In this document: positions 9,594 to 19,549 of the stretch, in pieces
Layout of the letters: every line of letters begins with the position of its first letter
Position numbering within the stretch: the first letter of the stretch is position 1
Assembly: GCA_964597345.1 (NCBI GenBank)
Contig: CAZQXK010000001.1
Location: 94,777 to 158,776 of the forward strand
DNA: 64,000 nucleotides
Source: an uncultured Thermodesulfobacteriota bacterium
GTDB taxonomy: Bacteria > Desulfobacterota > Desulfarculia > JACQYL01
Direction: 5' to 3'
Made by a program: the position numbers and the translations under genes
The notes under the pieces: generated by a model
The model's input: the letters and a program-made list of their open reading frames with translations, nothing else
Database searches by the model: none
What the model was told of the DNA's origin: nothing

Positions 9594-10295
9594 ATGAAAT
9601 TGGATAAAGTCAAAGAAATAGCGCAGCGGCGAATATGGACGGAAATTTTTTTGGGGCACAATGCAAGTTCTATGTATTTGTCATTATCTGAACATGCCGA
9701 AAGATTGAATCAATCGGACTCAAAAATTGTGTTCGGGTTGATGCAGCGGCACGCTCTTGATTCGCTTATACTATCTATAGGCAAGATTTATGACAAACCT
9801 TCTATAAAATATCCAAATTATAGCATTCCAACGGCCATAGAATGTATTAAAAAAGAGATGTCAAAAATAAGCAATCAAGCCAGTACCAAGATAAATCTCA
9901 TACAATTCATTCAAAAGCATATTGATCCTGGCTTCAATGAAGCCAGTAAAACGGACTTAGATCGAGTTCCGGAAATAATCGTCAACTGGTTAGATAAGAA
10001 CTGCCCTCGGACCCCTAAACGTTGCGGCTCTCAACTTGACCATGACCTTGAAGCCGTGAAGGTTTTGCGGGATAAACGTGTGGCCCATTCGGAGGATCAT
10101 GATCTTCAAGGGTTAAGCACGACAGATCTTGACGGTCCTCTCCGTCTACTGGCATTTGCCGGAACGTTTGTTAACCTTATCGGATATGGGTTCTTTGGGT
10201 CCTGCTCGGAATGTTTCGCGGATCCTGCAATGTTTGCTCCAGACAAGAGCGAGGTTTGGCCTCAGATGCAAAAACTGCTGAAAATGGTCAAATAA
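9594..10295 (+). CDS. Rx4-6H HEPN-like protein (AbiU2-like?), in the low-GC island
   Basis: 234-aa low-GC ORF with an R-x5-H motif (RDKRVAHSEDHD) that fits the HEPN RNase signature. Family assignment from memory only. Confidence 0.45.
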   Translation: MKLDKVKEIAQRRIWTEIFLGHNASSMYLSLSEHAERLNQSDSKIVFGLMQRHALDSLILSIGKIYDKPSIKYPNYSIPTAIECIKKEMSKISNQASTKINLIQFIQKHIDPGFNEASKTDLDRVPEIIVNWLDKNCPRTPKRCGSQLDHDLEAVKVLRDKRVAHSEDHDLQGLSTTDLDGPLRLLAFAGTFVNLIGYGFFGSCSECFADPAMFAPDKSEVWPQMQKLLKMVK

Positions 10296-10471
10296 GGCCC
10301 ATCACCGATCTGCAGGAGTGCTGATGGCTTAGCATGCAATTCGCCGGGCAGTGTTCAAAACTGTGCCAATCCGTTTCCATCTCCCTCGCCTTGCTCATTC
10401 ACCCACACCCCCCAATACATCCTCCCCATGCCCTCCCAAATCTACCACCGGCGTCTCGTCCCCCATCCTCT

Positions 10472-11509
10472 CTATTCCGCTCCCACGGTCCGCGACCAGT
10501 CCCGGCGGACATAGTCCAGCAGGCGCTTCGCCCGATCGTAGTGGAGCTGGATGGAGTCCCAGCACGGCGTTCCCGACCGTTTCTGAAGAAGCAACCCGTC
10601 GTCGTCGAACCATCTGAGGAGCGCGCCGCCAAAGAAATACCCTCGATTCCGTAACGCGTCCACCGCCTGACCGATCCACGGGCAGGACGCCTTGAGCCAC
10701 ACCTGAATCACGAGCACGCCCTCGCTGAATAGCTTTTGCTCCGCCTCCCCGATCACCCGGGCCAGGTCCGCCCCCGTTTCGTGCACGGCCAACCGGGCCA
10801 CTTGCGCGAAGGCAAACACCTGCGTAGTCACGACCGTCTGGACATGGGGCGGCGCCGTTTCCCGGGAAACGACCCACTCCCGCTCGTCGTCCAGGTTTTC
10901 ATAGGCGAACCGGAGGGCTTCTTCGTACGCTTCGGGCGTATAGATCCGATGGGGCCGCGGCCGAAGCGTCCTGAAGTCCAGAAGCGTGGTCACCCTGCCC
11001 GGAGCGCTCTTTTCCTGCACGTAGGCCGCCGCGGGCATCAGATCCACCTCCACGGCGCGGGTGATCCACTTTTGTTTGGCCGTGGCCTTCTGGGCAAAGG
11101 GGTGGTTGCATACCGGCTCGCCGAAGATCACTTCCACTCCGAATCGGGGCGCGGCCGTTTCCTGCCCGTGAACTCCCATGGCGGTGAAAACACCGGCGCC
11201 TCCCCGGTAGGCGGGGTGCACCAATCCCGCCCCGGACTCGTAGATCCCGGTATAGGGCGCGCTGTGGAACAGGGCGTTGTGACCCACGATGTCCCCCTTG
11301 GGAGTCCGGACCACGCTGGAAATCACGCGGCCCGCCGCGTTTTCCTCGATGAGTCGGGCGGCGTCCAGGAAGGTCCGGATGGGGTAGCCTTCCCCGTACA
11401 CGGTGCGGAACAACCGCACCACGCCCTCGGCGTCTTCGGGGCGAAACAGATCCACTTCCCAGGATTGCCCCGGTTCGATATCCGTCTGATGTTTCCGGTC
11501 CGGATTCAT
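10472..11509 (-). CDS. GNAT-family acetyltransferase-like protein
   Basis: N-terminal region (FRPEDAEGVVRLFRTVYGEGYP...RVISSVVRTPKGDIVGHNALFH) resembles a GNAT fold. 345 aa, possibly two-domain. Confidence 0.45.
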   Translation of the reverse strand: MNPDRKHQTDIEPGQSWEVDLFRPEDAEGVVRLFRTVYGEGYPIRTFLDAARLIEENAAGRVISSVVRTPKGDIVGHNALFHSAPYTGIYESGAGLVHPAYRGGAGVFTAMGVHGQETAAPRFGVEVIFGEPVCNHPFAQKATAKQKWITRAVEVDLMPAAAYVQEKSAPGRVTTLLDFRTLRPRPHRIYTPEAYEEALRFAYENLDDEREWVVSRETAPPHVQTVVTTQVFAFAQVARLAVHETGADLARVIGEAEQKLFSEGVLVIQVWLKASCPWIGQAVDALRNRGYFFGGALLRWFDDDGLLLQKRSGTPCWDSIQLHYDRAKRLLDYVRRDWSRTVGAE

Positions 11510-11515
11510 GGGTGA

Positions 11516-12784
11516 TCATACTCCTTTCTTTTCGGCAAGCAGGGAGTCCGATGCGGCGACGTGCGCATTCCTCCCCGGATGGACTCTGTTCAACAGGACC
11601 AGTAGGACTACGGAGAAAAGGCTCAGCAGCGCGCATACGGAAAACAGCGCCGTGAATCCCGCATGAGCCACTAGAAATCCGCCCGCAAAGGGACCCAGGA
11701 AGAAACCGCCCTGGTACATCTGAAGCCCCAGGTTCACATTGAGCGCCCGAAACCGGGGAGGCGACACGTCGAACATGAGGGCGTTCAGCATGGGCATGAT
11801 GACCCCCCAACCCAGACCCAGAAACGCCCCCAGGAAAAAGAAGCCCGCGGGGGAGTCGACATGGGGCAGCACGGCGTATCCCACGGCGGCGGCGCCCATG
11901 GCCGCGGCGCACATGCGGGCTTTATCCCACCGGTCGAATTGCGATCCCAGCACCACCCGGACCCCGATTTCGCTCACGGAGGAGAGCGTGAAAAAGAAGC
12001 CCACCCCGGCCAGGCCGATGCTGTGGCCGAACCCGGCCAGAAAGTAGAACACCAGGGCATAGCCGCTGAAGAACAACAGCATGATCGAGAGGAGCAGGAG
12101 CACCTTGGGATCCTTGAGGTCCTGGGCGTACTCCCGCCGGGACAAGGCGCCATTCCAGGAAGGCGCCCGAGATCCGCGGGGTTCGCCGGAAGAAGACCCC
12201 ATCCGGGTGAAGGGGAACACAAAGAGCATGACGGCGGCGAAAACCAGGAGCACCCGGTCGTAGCCTCCGAGCCACGCGGTGAGAACCGGAAGGGCCGGAG
12301 GGACCACGGCGTACGGGAGCAACGTGACGATGGAAATGAGGCCGAAGGCCTGACCGCTCCGTTCCTGGGGGATGTGTTCCACCAGGAGGGTCATGAGCCC
12401 GGTGGCCAGGATCACGTGGGCCAGCCCGTGGATCGTGCGCAGCAGAAACATGGACCAGAACCCGTCCGCCAGGCCGTAGGAGGCCAGGCACAGCAGGGCC
12501 CCGGTGTTGCCCGCGGCGATCCACCGCGCCGCGTTCCCCGCGTGGAGCAGGGGACTGATCACCGGTCTCAGGACCAGCGCCACGCCGGAAAACACGCCCA
12601 TGAGCACGCCGAACCACCGGACATCGATATCCAGCGTGTGCAGGTAATCGTAGTATTGGAAGAACGCGGCGATATTGGCGAATGCGAGAAACACGGCTCC
12701 GTTCAGCGCCAGGAACCGCCGGTTCCAGAGGAAGCCTGCGTCGTTGCCGGATGCCGGGGTCTCCGGGGACTTCCGCCGGGTCAC
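11516..12784 (-). CDS. MFS transporter
   Basis: About 12 predicted TM helices. Hydrophobic repetitive architecture with conserved G/P-rich loops. Confidence 0.75.
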   Translation of the reverse strand: MTRRKSPETPASGNDAGFLWNRRFLALNGAVFLAFANIAAFFQYYDYLHTLDIDVRWFGVLMGVFSGVALVLRPVISPLLHAGNAARWIAAGNTGALLCLASYGLADGFWSMFLLRTIHGLAHVILATGLMTLLVEHIPQERSGQAFGLISIVTLLPYAVVPPALPVLTAWLGGYDRVLLVFAAVMLFVFPFTRMGSSSGEPRGSRAPSWNGALSRREYAQDLKDPKVLLLLSIMLLFFSGYALVFYFLAGFGHSIGLAGVGFFFTLSSVSEIGVRVVLGSQFDRWDKARMCAAAMGAAAVGYAVLPHVDSPAGFFFLGAFLGLGWGVIMPMLNALMFDVSPPRFRALNVNLGLQMYQGGFFLGPFAGGFLVAHAGFTALFSVCALLSLFSVVLLVLLNRVHPGRNAHVAASDSLLAEKKGV

Positions 12785-13641
12785 GATGCACCCCTCGCCG
12801 GGATACAGGCTTCAAGCCGCAGCACCAGGTTTCCCGCTACTTGGCGCCGGTACGCGGCGCCGGCCCGGAGATCGTCTATGGGCCGGACGGCGTTGCTGGC
12901 CTCCTCGGCGGCTTCCTCCAGCGCCCGGTGGGAGATGGGGTGCCCTTCCAGGCGGCGTTCCGCCTCCGGGGACGTGATTACCGTGGGTCCCACGCTGCCC
13001 CAGGCGAGCCGGGCTCTCTCGACGACGCCGGATTCGGAAACCTGAAGCACGGCGGCCATGCTCACCAGGGCGATGGCCAACGCGTTCCGTTGGCCCACTT
13101 TTTCGAAATACTGGAGGGTGCGGCGGGTGTCCATTTTCAGACGGACTCCGGCCACGATTTCGCCCGGGTTCAATACGGTGTTTCCCGGACCCCGGATGAA
13201 TTCCGGTACGGAAACCCGCCGGGAGCCTTGGCGGGTTCTCAATTCCAGTTCCGCATCCAGTACGGTCAGAGGAGGCAGGGTGTCGCCCGCCGGGGAAGCA
13301 GTGACCAGATTGCCTCCCAGAGTGCCCATATGTCGCACCGGCGGCGAACCCAGGACGCGCAGGGCCTGTTCCAGGACCGGAAAAAACCGCTTTACCGGGG
13401 AGGAAGCCAGGAGTCGGGAGTGGGAAACCCCGGACCCCACGAACAGCCGTGGACCCTCCTCCCGCAGGACTCGAAGCTCCTCGATCCGTTCCAGGCCGAT
13501 CAGGCTAGGAGAGGACGCGGGATCCCGGCGCAGGCGGACGAACAGGTCCGTTCCGCCGGCGAACACCCGGCCCTCAGGGTGTTCGTCCAGAACGTCCCAG
13601 AGTTCGTCCGGCGTTCGGGGGAGAAACACGGCCCGGATCAC
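12781..13641 (-). CDS. xanthine dehydrogenase/CO dehydrogenase family FAD-binding subunit (CoxM/XdhB-like)
   Basis: VFAGGTDLFV...MGTLGGNL FAD-binding motifs. GTG start overlapping the upstream stop (GTGA), fourfold overlap with the MFS start. About 287 aa, typical for CoxM. Confidence 0.75.
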   Translation of the reverse strand: MIRAVFLPRTPDELWDVLDEHPEGRVFAGGTDLFVRLRRDPASSPSLIGLERIEELRVLREEGPRLFVGSGVSHSRLLASSPVKRFFPVLEQALRVLGSPPVRHMGTLGGNLVTASPAGDTLPPLTVLDAELELRTRQGSRRVSVPEFIRGPGNTVLNPGEIVAGVRLKMDTRRTLQYFEKVGQRNALAIALVSMAAVLQVSESGVVERARLAWGSVGPTVITSPEAERRLEGHPISHRALEEAAEEASNAVRPIDDLRAGAAYRRQVAGNLVLRLEACIPARGAS

Positions 13642-14111
13642 CGCACGCCTCGCGGAATGCGGGCCGCCGCGTGCTCCACGGCGTCCACGATTTTCGCGTA
13701 CCCCGTGCAACGGCACAGGTTGCCGCTCAATCCCTCCCGGATATCCTCCCGGGTGGGTTCCGGGTTCCGGGCCAGGAGGTCCGCCGAAGCCAGCACCATT
13801 CCGGGCATGCAGTATCCGCATTGAACGGCCCCGCATTCGATGAAGGATTCCTGGATGGTTCGATAAGAAGAGTCCTCCTCCGCCCCTTCAATGGTGAGGA
13901 TTCGGCGTCCCTCCAGTTGAGCCGCGATCATGAGACAGGACAGCCGGCTTTCTCCATCCGCCAAGATGGTGCACGCCCCGCATTCCCCGGAACCGCAGCA
14001 TTCCTTGGTCCCCGTGAGTCCGAGATCTTCCCGCAGGAGATCCACCACGCGGCGGTCCGGCGGGGATTCCACAGTGATCCGCTTTCCGTTCAAAACAAAA
14101 GAGATCTTCAT
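13638..14111 (-). CDS. (2Fe-2S)-binding small subunit of a molybdenum hydroxylase (CoxS/XdhC-like)
   Basis: MKISFVLNGKRI...CGSGECGACTIL...CGYCMPGMV...NLCRCTGY carries both canonical [2Fe-2S] cysteine clusters. The longer ORF-track N-terminus reads through repeat copy 2 and is rejected. Confidence 0.8.
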   Translation of the reverse strand: MKISFVLNGKRITVESPPDRRVVDLLREDLGLTGTKECCGSGECGACTILADGESRLSCLMIAAQLEGRRILTIEGAEEDSSYRTIQESFIECGAVQCGYCMPGMVLASADLLARNPEPTREDIREGLSGNLCRCTGYAKIVDAVEHAAARIPRGVR

Positions 14112-14119
14112 AACATCCC

Positions 14120-14260
14120 GTTGAAAAACAGCATTTCGGACAGGCTGTTCCAAAACGATCAGATGCAAGGCGCGCGAATCCCGAGGAATGAAGCGTACAA
14201 CCCCTACGTTGCAATGACGCAGGATGAAGCGCAACACAGCAGATCGCTTTTTTCAACAGC
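14120..14260 (-). repeat. intergenic palindromic repeat, copy 2 (inside the Mo-hydroxylase operon, between L and S subunit genes)
   Basis: GTTGAAAAACAGC...GATGCAAGGCGCGCGAATCCCGAGGAATGAAGCGTACA...GTTGCAATGACGCAGGATGAAGCGCAAC...GATCGCTTTTTTCAAC. Confidence 0.8.
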
Positions 14261-16586
14261 CTGATGAGTTCTCCCGAAACTCGATTCGGTCCAGGGCGGA
14301 CAGCACCCGTTCCGGAGTCAGGGGTAATCGCCGGATGCGTATTCCGGCGGCGTCCGCCAGTGCGTTGGCCACGGCGGGCAACGGGGCGTTGATGGAGATC
14401 TCCCCCACCCCCTTGAGGCCGAAGGGCCCCGTCTCCTCATAGGTTTCCACCCGCCGGGATTCCATGTCCGGCGCGTCCTTGGCCGTGGGCAAAATGTACG
14501 TGGCGAAATTCAGGGTGCGGCCTTCTCCTTGGTCCACCACGTAGTCTTCATACAATGCGTATCCCAAACCCTGGACGATGCCTCCCTGGACCTGCTGGTC
14601 GTAGAGCTGGGGATTGATGACGCTTCCCGCGTCCGTGACCGCCAGGTATCGCACCACCTGAATGCGACCCGTGAGTTCGTCCACCTCGATGTACGCCAGG
14701 TGGGCCGCGTAGGAAAAAAGAAGGTGAGGCAGGCCGAAAACCGGGGAATTGCTTTCCATCCGGATGCGTTCCCGGCACGCGGGAGCCCGCCACTGATACG
14801 TGCATTCCCGCTGGGAAGGGGACATGGAGCGGGCTACCGAGGCCAGCGGCGCATCCCTTCCCGAAGGAAGATGGCGGACGATGCCCGGCAGCAAGTGAAA
14901 TTCCTCGGGCGAGGGAGCCATAATCATGAGGGCGGCCTGGTCCAGGATCCGCTTCTTGAGCAGACGGGCGGCTCCCGTCAGGGCCTGGGCGTAGGTGTAC
15001 GTGGTGCGGCTGGCTGCGGACGTACAGGAGGGAAGGGTGCGGTCCGTATCCGGAAGCACCAGGTCCAGGCGTTCCGCGTCCTGATTCAACAGGTGGCCCG
15101 CCACCTGAAGGCAGGTGGACGCGTTGCCTTGACCCATGTCCGGAACCCCGCAGGTAACCGTGATACGGCCTTCGGGGGTCAGGCGGATGAGCGCCTGGGC
15201 GAAGTCCGGAATGATCGGGCCGTACCCGGCGCCGTGGGCCGTACAGGCCAACCCCGCTCCGCGCTTCTTGAAAGGGGCCGCACCGTTCTTCCAGCCTTCC
15301 CGTTCCTTCCAGAGGGGATGCCGTTCCACTTGCTCCAAACATTCCAGCAGGCCCGTGGACTGGGTCAGCGTGACGCCCACGGGGTTGCGGTCGCCTTTCC
15401 GGACGGCGTTCCGCATCCGAAATCGCAGCGGGTCCACCTGAAGCCGGGCGGCCAACAGGTCCATGACCTGCTCGAGGGCCGCGGTGACCTGCGGCGCCCC
15501 GAATCCCCGGAAAGGACCGCCGGCCGGGTTGTTCGTGTACACGCACCGGCCGTGTATCCGGACATGGGGAATTCGGTAGGGACCGCCCGCGTGCTCCACG
15601 GCCAGCGCCAGGATTTCTCCTCCCAGGTGTTCATAAGGCCCGTTGTCCAGATCCAGGGAGCATTGAAGCGCATGCAGGAGGCCGTCGCTTCCGGCTCCCA
15701 GGCGGTATCGGACGCGGCCGCACAGGCGTTTCACCCCGGCCAGAAAGCTTTCTTCCCGGTCCCACCACATTTTCACGGGACGCCCTCCGGAATGCAGAAC
15801 GGCGAGACCCAGAAGGCACTGGACCGTGCACCCGTCTTTGCCTCCGAAAGCGCCCCCCAGGTAAGGAGCCACGATACGCACCCGATCCCTTTCCAGTCCC
15901 AGCGCTTCGGCCGCCTCGGTCCGATCGCGGAAGGGCGACTGGGTGGAGGCTACAATGACGATCCTTCCGTCCTCGTCCGCATAGGCCCAACCCGCTTCCG
16001 TTTCCAGGTAGGCATGTTCCTGTCGGGGTAATTCAAACTCGGCGTCCACCATGGTGACGGAGGGTTCCATGTCCTCCAGGCCGTTTCCCTTGCATACGGT
16101 GAGTTCGGCCAGGATGTTTCCCGAAGGATGATCCTCGTGGATCCGCGGAGCCCCCTCCGCCAGAGCCTCATCCACCGAAAACACCGGCGGCAGGGGTTCC
16201 AGCCGGACGCGCACGGCGTCCAGCCCCCGGGCCAAAGCCTCCCGGCTTTCCGCAAGGACCAACGCCAGGGCGTCGCCGCGTCGCCGCACCTTCCGGTCCA
16301 CCAGCACGGGTTGATCCTTGATCACGATGCCCTGCCGGTTGGAACCCTTCACGTCCCGGTGCGTCAACACCGCCGTCACGCCGGGGGCGGTCCGGGCCGA
16401 TTCCACCTCCAGCCCCAGCAGCAGGGCGTGCGATTCCTCGGACCGTTTGACTCCGGCCCACAGGAAATCGGAGCCGTAATAGTCCGCGGCGAAACGCTCC
16501 CGTCCGGTGATCTTGCTCCAGCCGTCCGCCCTCGGAAAGGGGACGCCGATCTGAAGCGGCCCGGCGGGGCGGTCAGTTCCGGCCAT
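14253..16586 (-). CDS. molybdopterin-binding large subunit of a xanthine dehydrogenase/aldehyde oxidase family enzyme (CoxL-like)
   Basis: About 777 aa. Ald_Xan_dh N-terminal and Mo-cofactor-binding C-terminal regions (GGAFGGK, GPFRGFGAPQ-type motifs). Start taken as MAGTDRPAG. Confidence 0.8.
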   Translation of the reverse strand: MAGTDRPAGPLQIGVPFPRADGWSKITGRERFAADYYGSDFLWAGVKRSEESHALLLGLEVESARTAPGVTAVLTHRDVKGSNRQGIVIKDQPVLVDRKVRRRGDALALVLAESREALARGLDAVRVRLEPLPPVFSVDEALAEGAPRIHEDHPSGNILAELTVCKGNGLEDMEPSVTMVDAEFELPRQEHAYLETEAGWAYADEDGRIVIVASTQSPFRDRTEAAEALGLERDRVRIVAPYLGGAFGGKDGCTVQCLLGLAVLHSGGRPVKMWWDREESFLAGVKRLCGRVRYRLGAGSDGLLHALQCSLDLDNGPYEHLGGEILALAVEHAGGPYRIPHVRIHGRCVYTNNPAGGPFRGFGAPQVTAALEQVMDLLAARLQVDPLRFRMRNAVRKGDRNPVGVTLTQSTGLLECLEQVERHPLWKEREGWKNGAAPFKKRGAGLACTAHGAGYGPIIPDFAQALIRLTPEGRITVTCGVPDMGQGNASTCLQVAGHLLNQDAERLDLVLPDTDRTLPSCTSAASRTTYTYAQALTGAARLLKKRILDQAALMIMAPSPEEFHLLPGIVRHLPSGRDAPLASVARSMSPSQRECTYQWRAPACRERIRMESNSPVFGLPHLLFSYAAHLAYIEVDELTGRIQVVRYLAVTDAGSVINPQLYDQQVQGGIVQGLGYALYEDYVVDQGEGRTLNFATYILPTAKDAPDMESRRVETYEETGPFGLKGVGEISINAPLPAVANALADAAGIRIRRLPLTPERVLSALDRIEFRENSSGC

Positions 16587-18582
16587 GCTCTCTCCTTTCG
16601 GATGGAAGCGGCGCCGCATCCGCCGGGGAACTCTCACGATCCCGGCCCTCTTCGCCGTAGTAGGTCAGGGCTAGCAGGGTGATGTCGTCCGCCTGTTCCG
16701 CGGCTCCCGCGAAAGCCCGCACCTCGTCCAGGATCCGGGCCGTTTTTTCCCTCAAGGGTTTTTCCCGGACGGCCGTCAATGCAGATTTCAGCCGCGCGTC
16801 CGTGAAGAGTTCCAGTCTCTCGTTCTGGGCTTCCGTCACGCCGTCCGTAAACAGAAAGAGCGTATCTCCCGGCTTCAAGGCGATGCTCCCGGTCTCGAAG
16901 CGCAGTCCTTCCATGGCTCCCAGGAGGGCCCCCGCCACCCGCGGCGGGACGGAGATCGCTCCGTGTCGGGGCAGAACCAGGGGAGGATTGTGCCCGCCGT
17001 TGGCGTATTCCACCCGGCCGGTTCTCAGGTCGATCATGCCCAGAAAAACCGTCACGAACATGCAGGATTCGTTCTCTACGGCCAATTCGTCGTTCACCCG
17101 GCGCAAGGTTTCCGCCGGTCCGGCGCCCCCCGCGGCCACGGCCTTGATCAGGGTTTTGGCTACGGCCATAAACAGGGACGCCGGCACCCCTTTTCCGGAA
17201 ACGTCCCCGATGGCGAAGCAGATCCGGTCCGCGTCCACCCGGTAGAAATCATAGAAGTCTCCGCCCACTTCCCGGGCGGGAACGATCACGGCGTGGATGT
17301 CGAATTGAGGCTCATCCGGGAAGGGGGGAAACAGCTTGGGCAGGATTCCCATCTGGATGTCCCGGGCGATATGGAGTTCGCTCTCGATGCGTTCTTTGGC
17401 GCGGGTGGTTTCGGTAAGCCGGCGTATGTGTTCCTTGAGGGCGCGGGTCATATGTTCGAAGGCCCGGGTCAGGCGCCCGATTTCATCCCCGGATCGCACC
17501 CGTGGCAGCGGGGCGTCGAGATTTCCGGCGGCGATGTCCACCGTGCTCCGGGCCAGCGCCCTCAAGGGTTTTGTGGTGGAATGGGCCGCGAGGTACACGA
17601 TGCCCAGGAGCGCCAGGAACCCTCCCGCCCCCAGAAAGAGCACATTCCGCGTCAGGCGGGATGCGCCTTCCATGAGTTCTTCTTCCGGAAGAAACACACC
17701 GAGAGACCAGCCGCCGAATCCCAGGGGAGCAAAGGCAAGCCATCCTTCTTCTTCCGTGACGATGCTTTTCCACCGGACAAATCCGCTTTCACCGCGCACC
17801 ATGGCGCGCCCCACGGTCCGGATACGGGTGTCGCCCAGCATTTCGGCGACGCCGAACAACGTCTCGTTCATGACCAAGTCCCGCCGGGGATGGGTAATCA
17901 GGGTTCCGTTTCCGGAAAGCAGAAACCCATACCCGGTTTTCTCGACCCGTATGGAAGACACTACATCCTGCAACCAGTCCAGGGCGATGTCGGCGGTGAC
18001 GATGCCGGCGAAACGGCGTTGCCCCTGGTCGGTTCGGTGGAAGGGGACGGAGTATGTAGCCATCAAGGTATCGCCTCCCCCTTCGTCGAAATACGGCTCG
18101 CTCCATACGGGCTGTTCCAGGTGTTTAGGAATCTGGTACCAATCCGTTTCGGGGTAGTGGTAGGTATCGCAGTCCAGAAACATCGTATGGACTCCGTCCG
18201 AGCCTCGGTAGGCATAGGGTGCAAAGCAGTCGGGTGTCCCGGCGAAGGCGTGGGGTTCCAAGGCGACGGCGGAACCGAACAGGTTCGGATGGTCCGTGAC
18301 CACGCCTTGCACCAGCCGCGGCAGGTCGTCCGGCTCCAGGGAGAAGCGTTCCAGCAGGCCGCTCATGGTTTGAACCACGGTCTCCACCGTCGAAAGCATC
18401 ATGCCTATCCGATTCGAGGTGGATTGAGTCAGAAGGCTCGCGTTGGCCTGGACACTCTCGAGAACAATTCCTCGAGATATTTCGTAATTGTTGGCCAAGA
18501 CCAGGAAAAACACCAGGAAGCTGCCTGCAAACAGAAGCAGGAAAAGCTTGAAGGCGACGCCCCGGTTTCTAATCCCTTTCAC
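16573..18582 (-). CDS. sensor phosphatase: TM + Cache-like periplasmic domain + HAMP + PP2C/SpoIIE domain (RsbU-like)
   Basis: N-terminal TM helix, about 280-aa extracytoplasmic segment, second TM, HAMP (EIGRLTRAFEHMTRAL). C-terminal SpoIIE motifs (GDVSGKGVPASLFMA, DLRTGRVEYANGGHNPP, FTDGVTEA). Confidence 0.75.
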   Translation of the reverse strand: MKGIRNRGVAFKLFLLLFAGSFLVFFLVLANNYEISRGIVLESVQANASLLTQSTSNRIGMMLSTVETVVQTMSGLLERFSLEPDDLPRLVQGVVTDHPNLFGSAVALEPHAFAGTPDCFAPYAYRGSDGVHTMFLDCDTYHYPETDWYQIPKHLEQPVWSEPYFDEGGGDTLMATYSVPFHRTDQGQRRFAGIVTADIALDWLQDVVSSIRVEKTGYGFLLSGNGTLITHPRRDLVMNETLFGVAEMLGDTRIRTVGRAMVRGESGFVRWKSIVTEEEGWLAFAPLGFGGWSLGVFLPEEELMEGASRLTRNVLFLGAGGFLALLGIVYLAAHSTTKPLRALARSTVDIAAGNLDAPLPRVRSGDEIGRLTRAFEHMTRALKEHIRRLTETTRAKERIESELHIARDIQMGILPKLFPPFPDEPQFDIHAVIVPAREVGGDFYDFYRVDADRICFAIGDVSGKGVPASLFMAVAKTLIKAVAAGGAGPAETLRRVNDELAVENESCMFVTVFLGMIDLRTGRVEYANGGHNPPLVLPRHGAISVPPRVAGALLGAMEGLRFETGSIALKPGDTLFLFTDGVTEAQNERLELFTDARLKSALTAVREKPLREKTARILDEVRAFAGAAEQADDITLLALTYYGEEGRDRESSPADAAPLPSERREHGRN

Positions 18583-19549
18583 AGAAGCTCCGGTGGAAGA
18601 CCGAGTATTCGGGTGCGCGGCGAATCAGGCCTTCTTCGGTCATCACGGAAGTCACGCGTTCGAAATCCTCCTGGGAGAGACGCCCCAGCGCGTCGAAATT
18701 TCCATCGGGAGCCATGAGTTCCAGAATGCGCGAAAGCATCCAGCTCTGGTGAACCCGACTGGCCGGAATATGGGCCCGTTTCATGTATGCGAGGACGATG
18801 TCCAAAGACTCCTCGCGATGGGCGAACGCGTAGCGCCAACCTTCCAGGGACGCGCGAACGAACGCCCTGCACAGGAGAGGGTGTTCGTAAAGCATCTTCT
18901 CTGTGGTGTAGATTCCGTCTTCCGGGAAGTTCAATCCGTACTCATGAAAGAAGAAGGTCGTGAGTTCATCGGGGTTCAGGCCGGAGTTCAGGAGGGTATG
19001 GTATTCGTTGTACCACATGGCCGAAGCCGCATGGACCCCGTCCTTTAGGAACAGGTTGATGGTGGAGGATTGGGGCGCGACATGAACCGAGATCCCGCGC
19101 CTTCGGAAAAACGCATTGGGTTGGATCTGGAAGAGGGGGCCCCACAGGCTCACCTTCCGGCCGTTCAGATCCGCGGGCGTCCAGATGCCCGACGCCTTCT
19201 TGGCCACAAGCATAAGAGCGGACCGCTGGATCATTTGGGCGATGTTTACGATGTCGTGGCCTTCGGAACGAAGCTGGATGCCCCGGGAAAGCCACAGGGT
19301 GGCGAACTGCGATTCCCCCGCGAGCAGGGAACGGTCGGATGGGTGCTTGGGTCCGCCCGTGGACAGGGTCACATCGAGACCTTCACGGGCATAGAAGCCT
19401 TTTTCGTAAGCCGTGTAGTATCCCGCGAACTGCGCCTGAGGCGCCCATTGGGGCAGAAACGACACGGTTACCGTGGATTCCTCCTGCGCGTGTACGGTTC
19501 CCGCCCACAGGAAAAGGAACACCGGAAGCAGCGTGATGAAAAGACGCAT
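18569..19549 (-). CDS. ABC transporter substrate-binding protein, NMT1/THI5-like (nitrate/sulfonate/bicarbonate family)
   Basis: Signal peptide (MRLFITLLPVFLFLWAGTVHA) and periplasmic-binding-protein fold features (QWAPQAQFAGYYTAYEKGFY). Confidence 0.6.
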   Translation of the reverse strand: MRLFITLLPVFLFLWAGTVHAQEESTVTVSFLPQWAPQAQFAGYYTAYEKGFYAREGLDVTLSTGGPKHPSDRSLLAGESQFATLWLSRGIQLRSEGHDIVNIAQMIQRSALMLVAKKASGIWTPADLNGRKVSLWGPLFQIQPNAFFRRRGISVHVAPQSSTINLFLKDGVHAASAMWYNEYHTLLNSGLNPDELTTFFFHEYGLNFPEDGIYTTEKMLYEHPLLCRAFVRASLEGWRYAFAHREESLDIVLAYMKRAHIPASRVHQSWMLSRILELMAPDGNFDALGRLSQEDFERVTSVMTEEGLIRRAPEYSVFHRSFCERD

